The translations under genes and the position numbers were made by a program. Shown here piece by piece: positions 7,454 through 15,193 of a stretch of 64,000 nt of DNA (position 1 is the first letter of the stretch; each line of letters starts with the position of its first letter). Below the pieces are notes generated by a model. It saw only the letters and a list, made by a program, of their open reading frames with translations, was not told where the DNA came from and made no database searches. Source of the stretch: Bdellovibrionales bacterium GWB1_55_8 (GTDB lineage: Bacteria; Bdellovibrionota; UBA1018); contig MEPR01000035.1 of the NCBI GenBank assembly GCA_001769835.1, positions 24,683 through 88,682 of the forward strand. The letters run 5' to 3'.

Positions 7454-8551
7454 GTGAAACCTCAGCTGACCCCGGGAGAAATCCTCGAAATCTACAGGAA
7501 GAAGGGACTTCCGGAAAACTTCTGCCCGGTGCCTTTTTCCACTCTGCTTTTTGAGGCGAACGGGAATGTCTGCATGTGCCGCAGAAAGGGTTCGGAGTTC
7601 GCAATCGGCAACATCCAGGAGCAGGACTACCTTGAAATCTGGAACGGGGAAAAGCTGAAGAACATACGCGCCGAGTTTTTGACCGGCAGGCTTCGCACCT
7701 GCGCCGTTGAAGTCGAGCGCGACCATTGTAATCTCGATGCCAACAATGCCGACTCCCTTCCTTTCATCGAACTGGCGGTCGAGCAGCAGAGGCATCCTCT
7801 CCGCATAAGTCCCAACTTCAACGGACACTGCAATGTTCAGTGTGAGATGTGTCACATCTGGCGCTATCCGGACGGCTTGTATGACAAAATCGGTTTCTGG
7901 CGAACACTCGAGAACGACATCCTGCCGCACTTGCGCGAAATCGACACATTCTCAGGAGAGCCGTTCATCCAGAAAGACACCTACCGCCTCATCGAAATGG
8001 CCGCGCACGCGAATCCAAACATTTTCTGGAGCTTCACCACAAACGCGAACTGGCGCCTGAATGACACTATTCGGCGCTATCTCGACATGATCCAGGTGAA
8101 AACATTCAACTTGAGCATTGATAGCGTCGATCCGGCCGTCTATGCCTCGATTCGCCGCGGAGGAAACCTGGACAAGGTCCTCATCAACTTCGACCTGCTC
8201 CAGCTTTACGAACAGGAAAGAATCGCGGCTGGAAAGAGCGCACTCGGACTTACCATCCATTCGGTTATTCAGCGATCGAACTGGAAAGGCATTCCGGCGC
8301 TCCTCACACTGAGAAAGCAGAGGAATGCGCGAATTCATCTGAAATGCCTTTTTGAGCCTCCGGAACTCTCGCTCATCGGGATGACGGCGGCGGAAAAGCG
8401 GCAAATTCTGGCATACCTGCTTGAATCGCTTGGCCGCGAGGAACTGATGATGACTGCTGCGCTCTGGAAAGTGCTGTTGAAGGATATTCCCAAATCAGAC
8501 AGGCTGGAATTAATTCTGGAGTTTCAGAAGAAGACGGGAATCTTTCGCTGA
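7454..8551 (+). CDS. radical SAM protein with N-terminal SPASM/twitch-like domain (paralog 2)
   Basis: GTG start. NFCPVPFSTLLFEANGNVCMC...IGNIQEQDYLEIWNGEKLKNIRAEFLTG...C...C, then CNVQCEMC (CxxxCxxC). The SGEPFIQKDTYRLI block is identical to paralog 1. Confidence 0.75.
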   Translation: MKPQLTPGEILEIYRKKGLPENFCPVPFSTLLFEANGNVCMCRRKGSEFAIGNIQEQDYLEIWNGEKLKNIRAEFLTGRLRTCAVEVERDHCNLDANNADSLPFIELAVEQQRHPLRISPNFNGHCNVQCEMCHIWRYPDGLYDKIGFWRTLENDILPHLREIDTFSGEPFIQKDTYRLIEMAAHANPNIFWSFTTNANWRLNDTIRRYLDMIQVKTFNLSIDSVDPAVYASIRRGGNLDKVLINFDLLQLYEQERIAAGKSALGLTIHSVIQRSNWKGIPALLTLRKQRNARIHLKCLFEPPELSLIGMTAAEKRQILAYLLESLGREELMMTAALWKVLLKDIPKSDRLELILEFQKKTGIFR

Positions 8552-8592
8552 TTGCAGATGTGCTCGCGTCGGCATTCTGATATTTTTTCCAC

Positions 8593-9957
8593 ATGCCACG
8601 ACAATTCCTCGAGCGCCGCACCCTCGCAATCGTGTCGGCCCTGGGTCTGCTCAGCGCTCTCTCACTCAGCCTGACTCTGCGCCCTCAGCCTGGCGGCGTG
8701 GGATCTTGCCACGAAATTCGTGCCGCGCGATATTTTGACAGCACAACCAAAAAGGTCCGCAGCCCTGCTAAAATTCTTGTCGAAGGCGGAAAAATTCAAC
8801 GCCACATCAGTACGCCACGATCTGAGCCTTGCAAAGTGATCGACCTACCGGACGCAACGCTATTGCCCGGCCTGATTGACACCCACACGCACTTATTCAT
8901 GCGCGATTCAGCCTATTACCGCGGTTTTTCAACGGAGCTTCTTTCCGTGGTCAAACACAGTGACGCCGAACGGTTGGCTTGGGGGAAGGAGAGCGCCCAA
9001 CAGCTTTTGTTTGCGGGAATCACGACGGTTCGCGATCTGGGTAATTCGGGATTATTCCTGGACGCGCAGTTCGAAAAATTCCTGAACAGCAATGGCGGGT
9101 TCGCGAGCCCCAGGATCATCTATTCGGGACCCGGTATCAGCGGAAGTGGCGGTCAGTTTCCGGAAAACACCCCCTTGGCCATCGTCCAGAAGGAGTACTT
9201 TCCCCTCCTGGAACCTGGCTTGGCCGCCGGAATAGTCGCCCGCTTAAACGAGAACGGCGCCACCTGGGTGAAAGTATTCGCTGACGGTGATCCAAATCCG
9301 GAAAAGATGGAACAAATCGTTCTCGAGTCAATTGTGCGCGAGGCGCGGAGGCTCGGAAAAAAAATCGCTGCGCACAGTACGGAAGACGCAACGGCCTTGC
9401 ATGCCGTTGCCGCGGGAGTCGACAGCATCGAGCATGGGTTTGGAATTTCGACCTCCACCCTGTCTCAAATGGCGAAAAAGGGTATTTTTCTGGTACCAAC
9501 CGATTTCAGTCGCAGGGTTTGTGACATCATTCGCATGAAAAATCCGGATCCTCAATACCAGGACCCCGGGCGGTACCTCCAAGAACGCGGAATACGCCTC
9601 AAGGAGGCGGTTCGACTGGGTGTTCCGGTTGCGTTCGGTTCCGATGCCTACTCTGATATGAGCGCCGAAGGCCTGAACATGGGCCAGGCAGCGAAAGAGG
9701 GCCTTTACGCTTACTGGGAAGAGGGCATGAATGCCCCGGACGTGCTTCACGCCGCAACATTGGGTTCCGCCGAACTTCTCGGGATGGCGGATCAACTCGG
9801 GACGCTGGAGGCCGGCTCGAGCGCGGACATCATCGCGATCAAAGGAGATCCATTGGAGGATCTCCGAAACCTTGATCAGGTGATCTTTGTCATGAAAGAA
9901 GGCACCGTGTTCACAAGTCCGGAAACAGTTTCAAGCGTGGCAAGCCATGGCCAATAA
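8593..9957 (+). CDS. amidohydrolase-family metal-dependent hydrolase, predicted secreted
   Basis: Hydrophobic N-terminus LAIVSALGLLSALSLS. Metal-binding start GLIDTHTHL, later HSTEDAT...AAGVDSIEHG and VAFGSDAYS motifs typical of the amidohydrolase TIM-barrel superfamily. The stop overlaps the next start (ATGGCCAATAA). Confidence 0.7.
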   Translation: MPRQFLERRTLAIVSALGLLSALSLSLTLRPQPGGVGSCHEIRAARYFDSTTKKVRSPAKILVEGGKIQRHISTPRSEPCKVIDLPDATLLPGLIDTHTHLFMRDSAYYRGFSTELLSVVKHSDAERLAWGKESAQQLLFAGITTVRDLGNSGLFLDAQFEKFLNSNGGFASPRIIYSGPGISGSGGQFPENTPLAIVQKEYFPLLEPGLAAGIVARLNENGATWVKVFADGDPNPEKMEQIVLESIVREARRLGKKIAAHSTEDATALHAVAAGVDSIEHGFGISTSTLSQMAKKGIFLVPTDFSRRVCDIIRMKNPDPQYQDPGRYLQERGIRLKEAVRLGVPVAFGSDAYSDMSAEGLNMGQAAKEGLYAYWEEGMNAPDVLHAATLGSAELLGMADQLGTLEAGSSADIIAIKGDPLEDLRNLDQVIFVMKEGTVFTSPETVSSVASHGQ

Positions 9958-11275
9958 CGACCGCCAGGACAATGTCACCCGGAAGCTCAGCCAGGTCTCT
10001 CCGTGCTTTTGCCTGGCCAAGTGGCTTCAGGTCACCATCGATATCGTCCATGGGACGACTCACAGCTGTCATCACCCTGCGCGCCACCCCATCCCGCTTC
10101 AGGAGCTCCAATCGAACTTGCATGCCCTTCACAATACGAACTTCAAAAAGCAGCAGCGAAAAGCCATGCTCGAGGGGCATCGCCCTGCCGAGTGCGTTTA
10201 TTGCTGGGACATTGAAGACGCAGGTTCTGCCTATTCCGATCGGATCGTGAAATCCTCCGACCCCTGGGCTCTGCCTTTTCTTGATGAAATAAAATCTCTT
10301 CCCTGGGATGCGGATGTCCTCCCAACCTACCTCGAAGTGATGCTCGACGATCGCTGCAATCTCTCATGCGCCTACTGCATGGCCGACATCAGCAGTTCCA
10401 TTGCCGCCGAGATGGCGAAATTCGGTCCTTACCCAGTCAGCGACAAGGGGCATCGGATGCCCACCCATCCCGTGCCGGACGACCCCAATCCCTACGTCGC
10501 CGCGTTTTGGAAATGGATCCCTGCGGTTTTACCGAATTTGAAAGTACTGAGGGTCACAGGGGGTGAGCCGCTTTTAAGCGGACGCCTTCAGGAATTGCTG
10601 ACGATCCTGCGTCAGGACAAGCACCCGGATCTCACGTTGATCATCAACTCCCATCTGAGCGTGGGTTCTCAAGCCCTCGAGTTATTTTTCGATCAGGTTG
10701 AAGACCTGTTGGAAACCCAAGCGATCGGCCACTTTGAACTCTACACCAGCCTGGATGCCGCTGGCCCCCCCGCTGAATACATTCGCTGCGGAATGGAGTA
10801 CCGAAAGGTCATGAACACCATTGCGACGGCAGCCAGACGTTTTCCAGAAGCAAAAGTGGTTGCCATGTGCGCCTTCAATCTGCTCTCTCTTTCCTCATTC
10901 GGATTGCTCCTTGCGGAAATATGCGCGCTGAAGCGGGAGCTACCGAACGTCTTTCTGGATACGGCATACCTGCGGAACCCACGGTACCTCTCCTCCAATC
11001 TGGCGACTGCCGGTCTGAAACGATCCGCGGCTGAAGCGATGGCCGGGTTCATCGGGAGCCCCCGGTCGTATACGAACCATGAGATCGCGAAAATCGAGAA
11101 CTCGCTGCGGTGGATGCAAAGCGAGCCCGGATCGACGGAGCTTGCGCGCGGAAGGCGGGATTTCCTGCTGTTCGTCTCCGAGTACGACCGCCGAAAGAAC
11201 AAGTCGTTCTTAGGTGTATTTCCGGAATACAGGGAGTTTTACCGGGAGTGCAAAAGGTCAGTTCTCACGACCTAA
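9947..11275 (+). CDS. radical SAM protein with N-terminal twitch/SPASM-like domain (paralog 3, 442 aa)
   Basis: N-terminal Cys cluster SPCFCLAKW...HSCHH...ECVYCWDIE. Core motif DDRCNLSCAYC (CxxxCxxC). Translationally coupled to the amidohydrolase gene. Confidence 0.75.
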   Translation: MANNDRQDNVTRKLSQVSPCFCLAKWLQVTIDIVHGTTHSCHHPARHPIPLQELQSNLHALHNTNFKKQQRKAMLEGHRPAECVYCWDIEDAGSAYSDRIVKSSDPWALPFLDEIKSLPWDADVLPTYLEVMLDDRCNLSCAYCMADISSSIAAEMAKFGPYPVSDKGHRMPTHPVPDDPNPYVAAFWKWIPAVLPNLKVLRVTGGEPLLSGRLQELLTILRQDKHPDLTLIINSHLSVGSQALELFFDQVEDLLETQAIGHFELYTSLDAAGPPAEYIRCGMEYRKVMNTIATAARRFPEAKVVAMCAFNLLSLSSFGLLLAEICALKRELPNVFLDTAYLRNPRYLSSNLATAGLKRSAAEAMAGFIGSPRSYTNHEIAKIENSLRWMQSEPGSTELARGRRDFLLFVSEYDRRKNKSFLGVFPEYREFYRECKRSVLTT

Positions 11276-11392
11276 TTTGGACAATGGGCAACTCAGGTTG
11301 ACAGTACTACGAGCTAATCAGTTGAGGCTTGATGGTCGCCTTGTGTAAGATGAGGGAACCGATTACAATTAAAGAAAAGAAACGACTATTTT

Positions 11393-12205
11393 ATGAAAAA
11401 GAAACTACCTGGACTTGTCAATAATGCGGGTTTTTCGCTCGTTGAAGTCATGGTCGCCGCCGGGGTTTTGGGCGTCGTGACGATGGGATCGATGCAGTTG
11501 ATGAACACCATGAGCGATGGTCAAAGACGAATGTGGCAGATGCTGAATCTCACTGACGCCATTGCCGAAGTCCAGAACGCTGTGCGCAATCAAGAGACCT
11601 GCCTAGCGACTCTGAACCCCGCTGGTCCTCCGATACTCATCTCTACAACTGGTGGAGCCAGCAACTTCACAGTCCTGCGAAGGGCGGACGGCACGGCTTT
11701 AGTCACGGCGCCTACCGAATACGGAACGGGCGCAGGGCGAATTCGCGTGGACGTTTTCCAACTTACGAGCACCGGTCCAAACAACGTCGGACAAGCAAAA
11801 ACCGCCTCTGTCGTACTCCGCTATAGAAAGCGAGAGGGCGCGGTTTGGGGCGCGCAGTTAGTGAGAGACATCCCAATTAAGGTGATTCCGACTGCCGCCA
11901 ATCGAGTATCGCGTTGCTACTTATCGGATATGTCGGGGCCGGCATGCGACGCTTTGGGCGGCGACTTCGATGAACTCACCGGCCGCTGCACCACCATCGA
12001 CCTCTCCTTGCAGGCAGGCGCAGACCTGAGACTTCCGGCCGACGGCGAGATTTGCCGAGGAGGCGTCTGCCAGACTGTCTTCAATTCAAATCAGACCTGC
12101 CCATGGGGCTCCATGAACGCAAGATGTGTTAACGTCGTGGGCATTTCCCCAGGAGGTACCCTCATGTGTGGAGCCGCGCCGGCAGGAACAGCGTGCACCC
12201 CCTGA
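11393..12205 (+). CDS. type IV pilin-like protein (prepilin-type N-terminal cleavage/methylation domain) with a Cys-rich C-terminal region
   Basis: MKKKLPGLVNNAG|FSLVEVMVAAGVLGVV is the class-III signal with G-1/F+1/E+5. The mature protein is about 257 aa. The last 95 aa contain 11 Cys together with many Asp/Glu/Gly. Confidence 0.7.
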   Translation: MKKKLPGLVNNAGFSLVEVMVAAGVLGVVTMGSMQLMNTMSDGQRRMWQMLNLTDAIAEVQNAVRNQETCLATLNPAGPPILISTTGGASNFTVLRRADGTALVTAPTEYGTGAGRIRVDVFQLTSTGPNNVGQAKTASVVLRYRKREGAVWGAQLVRDIPIKVIPTAANRVSRCYLSDMSGPACDALGGDFDELTGRCTTIDLSLQAGADLRLPADGEICRGGVCQTVFNSNQTCPWGSMNARCVNVVGISPGGTLMCGAAPAGTACTP

Positions 12206-13605
12206 TACGCCGCGGTTTGCCTCGCGGTCGACCGAGCTGGAACGTTTTTGTTTTGATTTTTCTGTCAGTGATCGGAGCACTCGTTTACGGGCAGTCGCTC
12301 GGCTTCGGGTTCTTCATCTTTGATGATGCGGTTCACATCACACTGAATCCGCGATTTCGACCGGTTTCGCCCGGTAACCTGTGGTGGATCTGGACACATT
12401 CACTGATGTCGGTGACGTATACCTTCTGGGCTTTCCTTGCGTCCCTCTTCGGGACGGCAAATCCTGTCCCTTACCGGGTCGCGAATCTCGGATTGCATAT
12501 CCTGAACTCTTATCTGGTCTTCAACTGGATCAGAACTGTCCTGGAGCAGCTTCATAAAACAGGTGAACAGAAGAAACTGACCCTGGCTGCCTTTCTAGCT
12601 GGTTTCATTTTCCTCGCTCATCCTGTTCACGTTGAAAACGTAGCCTGGATTTCATCGACCAAGGATCTCCTCAGCTTCTTTTTTGGGATGATTTCGTTTC
12701 ATTTTTATTTTCGCTCCAGAAAAGTCATTGGCGATACGTTCGAGTTAAAAAACGTTTTCTGGACTTACGTGTTTTTCCTGGCTGCAGTCCTTTCCAAACC
12801 AGCTGCCGCGATTCTGCCGCTCCTCTATATCTGGCTTGACCGGGTTCTTTTCGCGCGCCAGGTACAGAAGTCCATGCTCGAGTACTCCATCGCGGCAATC
12901 GCTTCCGCATTTGCCGTGCATGCCTATCTCCGCGTCGTTCCCATGAGTAATCTCGGATTCGTTCCAGATTTGGGCTGGCGCGCCCTGCTTTCACTGGACG
13001 CTCTCGGATTTTACCTCGCGAAGCTTTTGCTTCCATTCGAATACTACTTTGATTACGGTCGCACTCCGCTTGAAGTGATTCGTCAGTTCGCGCTGAACCC
13101 AGCGGCCCAGGCGCTGACAGTCATTGCGAGCTCGCTCGTGGTCGCCGGCTTCGTGTTGTCTTATTTTCGAAAAAATCTGCAAGGCGTCCATGTCGCACTG
13201 GGCGTGATCATTCTCGGACTGCTGCCTTACCTGGGGCTGATCCCCTTCGCCTTTCAAAATCTGTCCTCGGTCGCCGATCGTTATCTCTATTTTCCCTCGC
13301 TTGGGCTCTCACTGGCAGCATCGCTGGCCTATTTGCATGCGAGTCGCCCACGCGCCGCTCTGGTGATCGCAGGAACATTCGGGATTTTCCTGAGCATCCA
13401 AACAGTCCTGCAAACCTCTACCTGGAAATCCTCCATCAGCGTTCTGTCGCATTCTGTAGCGAGGAACCCATCCAGCCCCCATTCACGCAAAGCGCTTGCA
13501 CATGCATTGTTCGCAAGGGGACTTGTGGAGGAAGCCATGAACGAGATGAAGGTCTTGGAACTGTTGAAGGCTGAACGACTGAACGAGTCTTCGAATTCCG
13601 AATAA
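12166..13605 (+). CDS. GT-C-fold membrane glycosyltransferase-like protein (TMTC/PMT/DUF1736-like) with C-terminal TPR-like tail
   Basis: About 10 TM segments. The conserved first-loop motif FIFDDAVHI follows TM1, as in TMTC/PMT-type O-mannosyltransferases. The soluble C-terminus ARNPSSPHSRKALAHALFARGLVEEAMNEMKVLE is TPR-like. The track start at 12166 (GTG) overlaps the pilin gene by 40 nt, so the true start may lie downstream. Confidence 0.5.
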   Translation: MWSRAGRNSVHPLIRRGLPRGRPSWNVFVLIFLSVIGALVYGQSLGFGFFIFDDAVHITLNPRFRPVSPGNLWWIWTHSLMSVTYTFWAFLASLFGTANPVPYRVANLGLHILNSYLVFNWIRTVLEQLHKTGEQKKLTLAAFLAGFIFLAHPVHVENVAWISSTKDLLSFFFGMISFHFYFRSRKVIGDTFELKNVFWTYVFFLAAVLSKPAAAILPLLYIWLDRVLFARQVQKSMLEYSIAAIASAFAVHAYLRVVPMSNLGFVPDLGWRALLSLDALGFYLAKLLLPFEYYFDYGRTPLEVIRQFALNPAAQALTVIASSLVVAGFVLSYFRKNLQGVHVALGVIILGLLPYLGLIPFAFQNLSSVADRYLYFPSLGLSLAASLAYLHASRPRAALVIAGTFGIFLSIQTVLQTSTWKSSISVLSHSVARNPSSPHSRKALAHALFARGLVEEAMNEMKVLELLKAERLNESSNSE

Positions 13606-13650
13606 ACGAGTGGCCCAACCTCTCGGCTGAGCCACCTGAACTACTGCAAG

Positions 13651-14223
13651 TTACTGAGTAACGCTTTCGTCCGACTCTCCAGACTGACCCTGGCCCATGC
13701 CCGGCTCAGGGAACGTCGTATCACTCGGCTGTTGCGTCATTTCCTCCCCTGTCTCACCGGCCTGGTCATCACTCGGAACGCCACTCGTATCCGTACCCAT
13801 TTCCTCGCCCTCACCCAGCTCTCCTGCAGCTTGAGTCCCGGTATCAACTCCGAGTGCCGAGAGCGTCTTTTCGTCCAGCTTTCCGGTCGATTCCCAGCCC
13901 TGGGATTTCTGAAATTTCTCGACCGCGGAGCGGGTGTCTTTACTGAATTTTCCGTCGACCTTGCTGATCTTGTAACCCCGATCCTTTAATGACTGCTGAA
14001 CGTCTTTCACGATTTCAGGATCTTTCGAGTACTCCTTGCTCACACTCGCCTGATCAGGTGATTTCATTTCCTCGGATTGGCCCGGTTGATCGTAACTCTC
14101 GCCGTATGTCCCGCCCGCCTGGCCGGAGTGGTTTGTGCCGCCCGTAGCCTGCGCAAGCGTCGGCATTACAGCGAGCGCGAATGTCGCCGCCAACGCCGCC
14201 ATCCATGTCGATTGAGTTTTCAT
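13651..14223 (-). CDS. secreted protein with peptidoglycan-binding domain (PG_binding_1-like) and acidic low-complexity tail
   Basis: Signal peptide MKTQSTWMAALAATFALAVMPTLAQA. VKDVQQSLKDRGYKISKVDGKFSKDTRSAVEKFQKSQGWESTGKLDEKTLSALGV matches the PG-binding helical repeat. Confidence 0.55.
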   Translation of the reverse strand: MKTQSTWMAALAATFALAVMPTLAQATGGTNHSGQAGGTYGESYDQPGQSEEMKSPDQASVSKEYSKDPEIVKDVQQSLKDRGYKISKVDGKFSKDTRSAVEKFQKSQGWESTGKLDEKTLSALGVDTGTQAAGELGEGEEMGTDTSGVPSDDQAGETGEEMTQQPSDTTFPEPGMGQGQSGESDESVTQ

Positions 14224-14325
14224 GATTGTCTCCTTTTTTCGTAGTTCTTATTTGCGTCTGAAACTGCAATTTGCGGACAATTTCGTGGCGCCTGACGGCC
14301 GAGTCTGGCAAACAGAAAACTCAAG

Positions 14326-15123
14326 ATGGAACATATCTGGCTGCTTGTGATCATCGGGTTCCTGATTGGAACGCTCGGAACCATGCTTGGCATCGGAGGC
14401 GGCTTTATCCTGATGCCACTCCTCGCTTACCTTTATCCTGATTGGCCGCCGGAACAGCTGACGAGCATTTCTCTCGCCGTCATCTTTCTGAATTCGATGT
14501 CCGGTTCGATCGCCTACGCGAAAAAAAAACGGATCCATTACCGCAGCGGCGTTCTATTCCTGCTTGCTGCCATTCCAGGCACCATTGCTGGCGCGAATCT
14601 GACCGCGCTGATCTCGCGCGCCGCGTTTGACCCGATTTTTGGTTTATTTCTTCTGATATTCAGCAGCTTCCTGCTTAAAAAGTCCCTGTTCAGAAATCCA
14701 GCCACGCGCACGCCGGAGCCACAGCCGGTTGAAAAGCCACGCCACCTGAACATCACCTATAACATGCCGATGGGACTCCTCATCAGTATGATCGTGGGTT
14801 TGATCTCCTCGATTTTCGGAATCGGGGGCGGCATCGTTCATGTGCCCGCGATGGTTCACTTCCTCCAATTTCCCGTCCACGTGGCAACAGCCACTTCGCA
14901 TCTGATCCTTGCGGGAATGTCTTTTGCCGCGACTTTGGTGCACATCGCCCGTGGAGATCTCGATCACACTTATAAGATCGTTCTCCTCCTCGCGCCCAGT
15001 GTGATTCTGGGAGCCCAGATCGGCGCACGCATGTCTCATCGCGTGAACGGAACCTGGATCATGCGAATACTTTCGGTTCTCCTCGCCTTCCTTGGACTCA
15101 GACTGCTGCTAAGCAGCGGATAA
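14326..15123 (+). CDS. sulfite exporter TauE/SafE family membrane protein
   Basis: Two-fold repeat of 4-TM units with GIGGG motifs (LGIGGGFILMPLL and FGIGGGIVHVPAM). Confidence 0.75.
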   Translation: MEHIWLLVIIGFLIGTLGTMLGIGGGFILMPLLAYLYPDWPPEQLTSISLAVIFLNSMSGSIAYAKKKRIHYRSGVLFLLAAIPGTIAGANLTALISRAAFDPIFGLFLLIFSSFLLKKSLFRNPATRTPEPQPVEKPRHLNITYNMPMGLLISMIVGLISSIFGIGGGIVHVPAMVHFLQFPVHVATATSHLILAGMSFAATLVHIARGDLDHTYKIVLLLAPSVILGAQIGARMSHRVNGTWIMRILSVLLAFLGLRLLLSSG

Positions 15124-15153
15124 ACTATATAAATATTTGAAATTACACCAGGT

Positions 15154-15180
15154 TTGACAATTGATACTCAGGGATATAGG
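15154..15180 (+). promoter_or_regulatory. possible sigma70-like promoter (TTGACA-15 nt-TATAGG)
   Basis: TTGACA at 15154-15159, in the 70-bp gap after the tauE-like gene and 35 nt before the ATG at 15194. Confidence 0.3.
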
Positions 15181-15193
15181 TTGCGGCCAATTT

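Noticed and set aside
7340-7930. 196-aa minus ORF overlapping the start of rSAM paralog 2, and the track's 7604 start for the rSAM-twitch gene
   Set aside because: It would make two rSAM genes overlap divergently by more than 150 nt. The internal ATG at 7382/7364 gives a normal 70-90 nt divergent promoter region instead.
11276-11392. Possible promoter for the pilin gene (TTGACA at 11298-11303; TTGTGT-17-TACAAT at 11341-11369); also checked for a sigma54 GG-N10-GC element
   Set aside because: TTGACA has no acceptable -10 at 16-18 nt. The second candidate has a poor -35. No sigma54 consensus was found. Too weak to report as a feature.
13640-13665. Short palindrome GTTACTGAGTAAC between convergent GT-C and PG-binding genes
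   Set aside because: It has only a 5-bp AT-rich stem, overlaps the stop codon of the minus-strand gene, and lacks a convincing U-tract. It is not a credible terminator.
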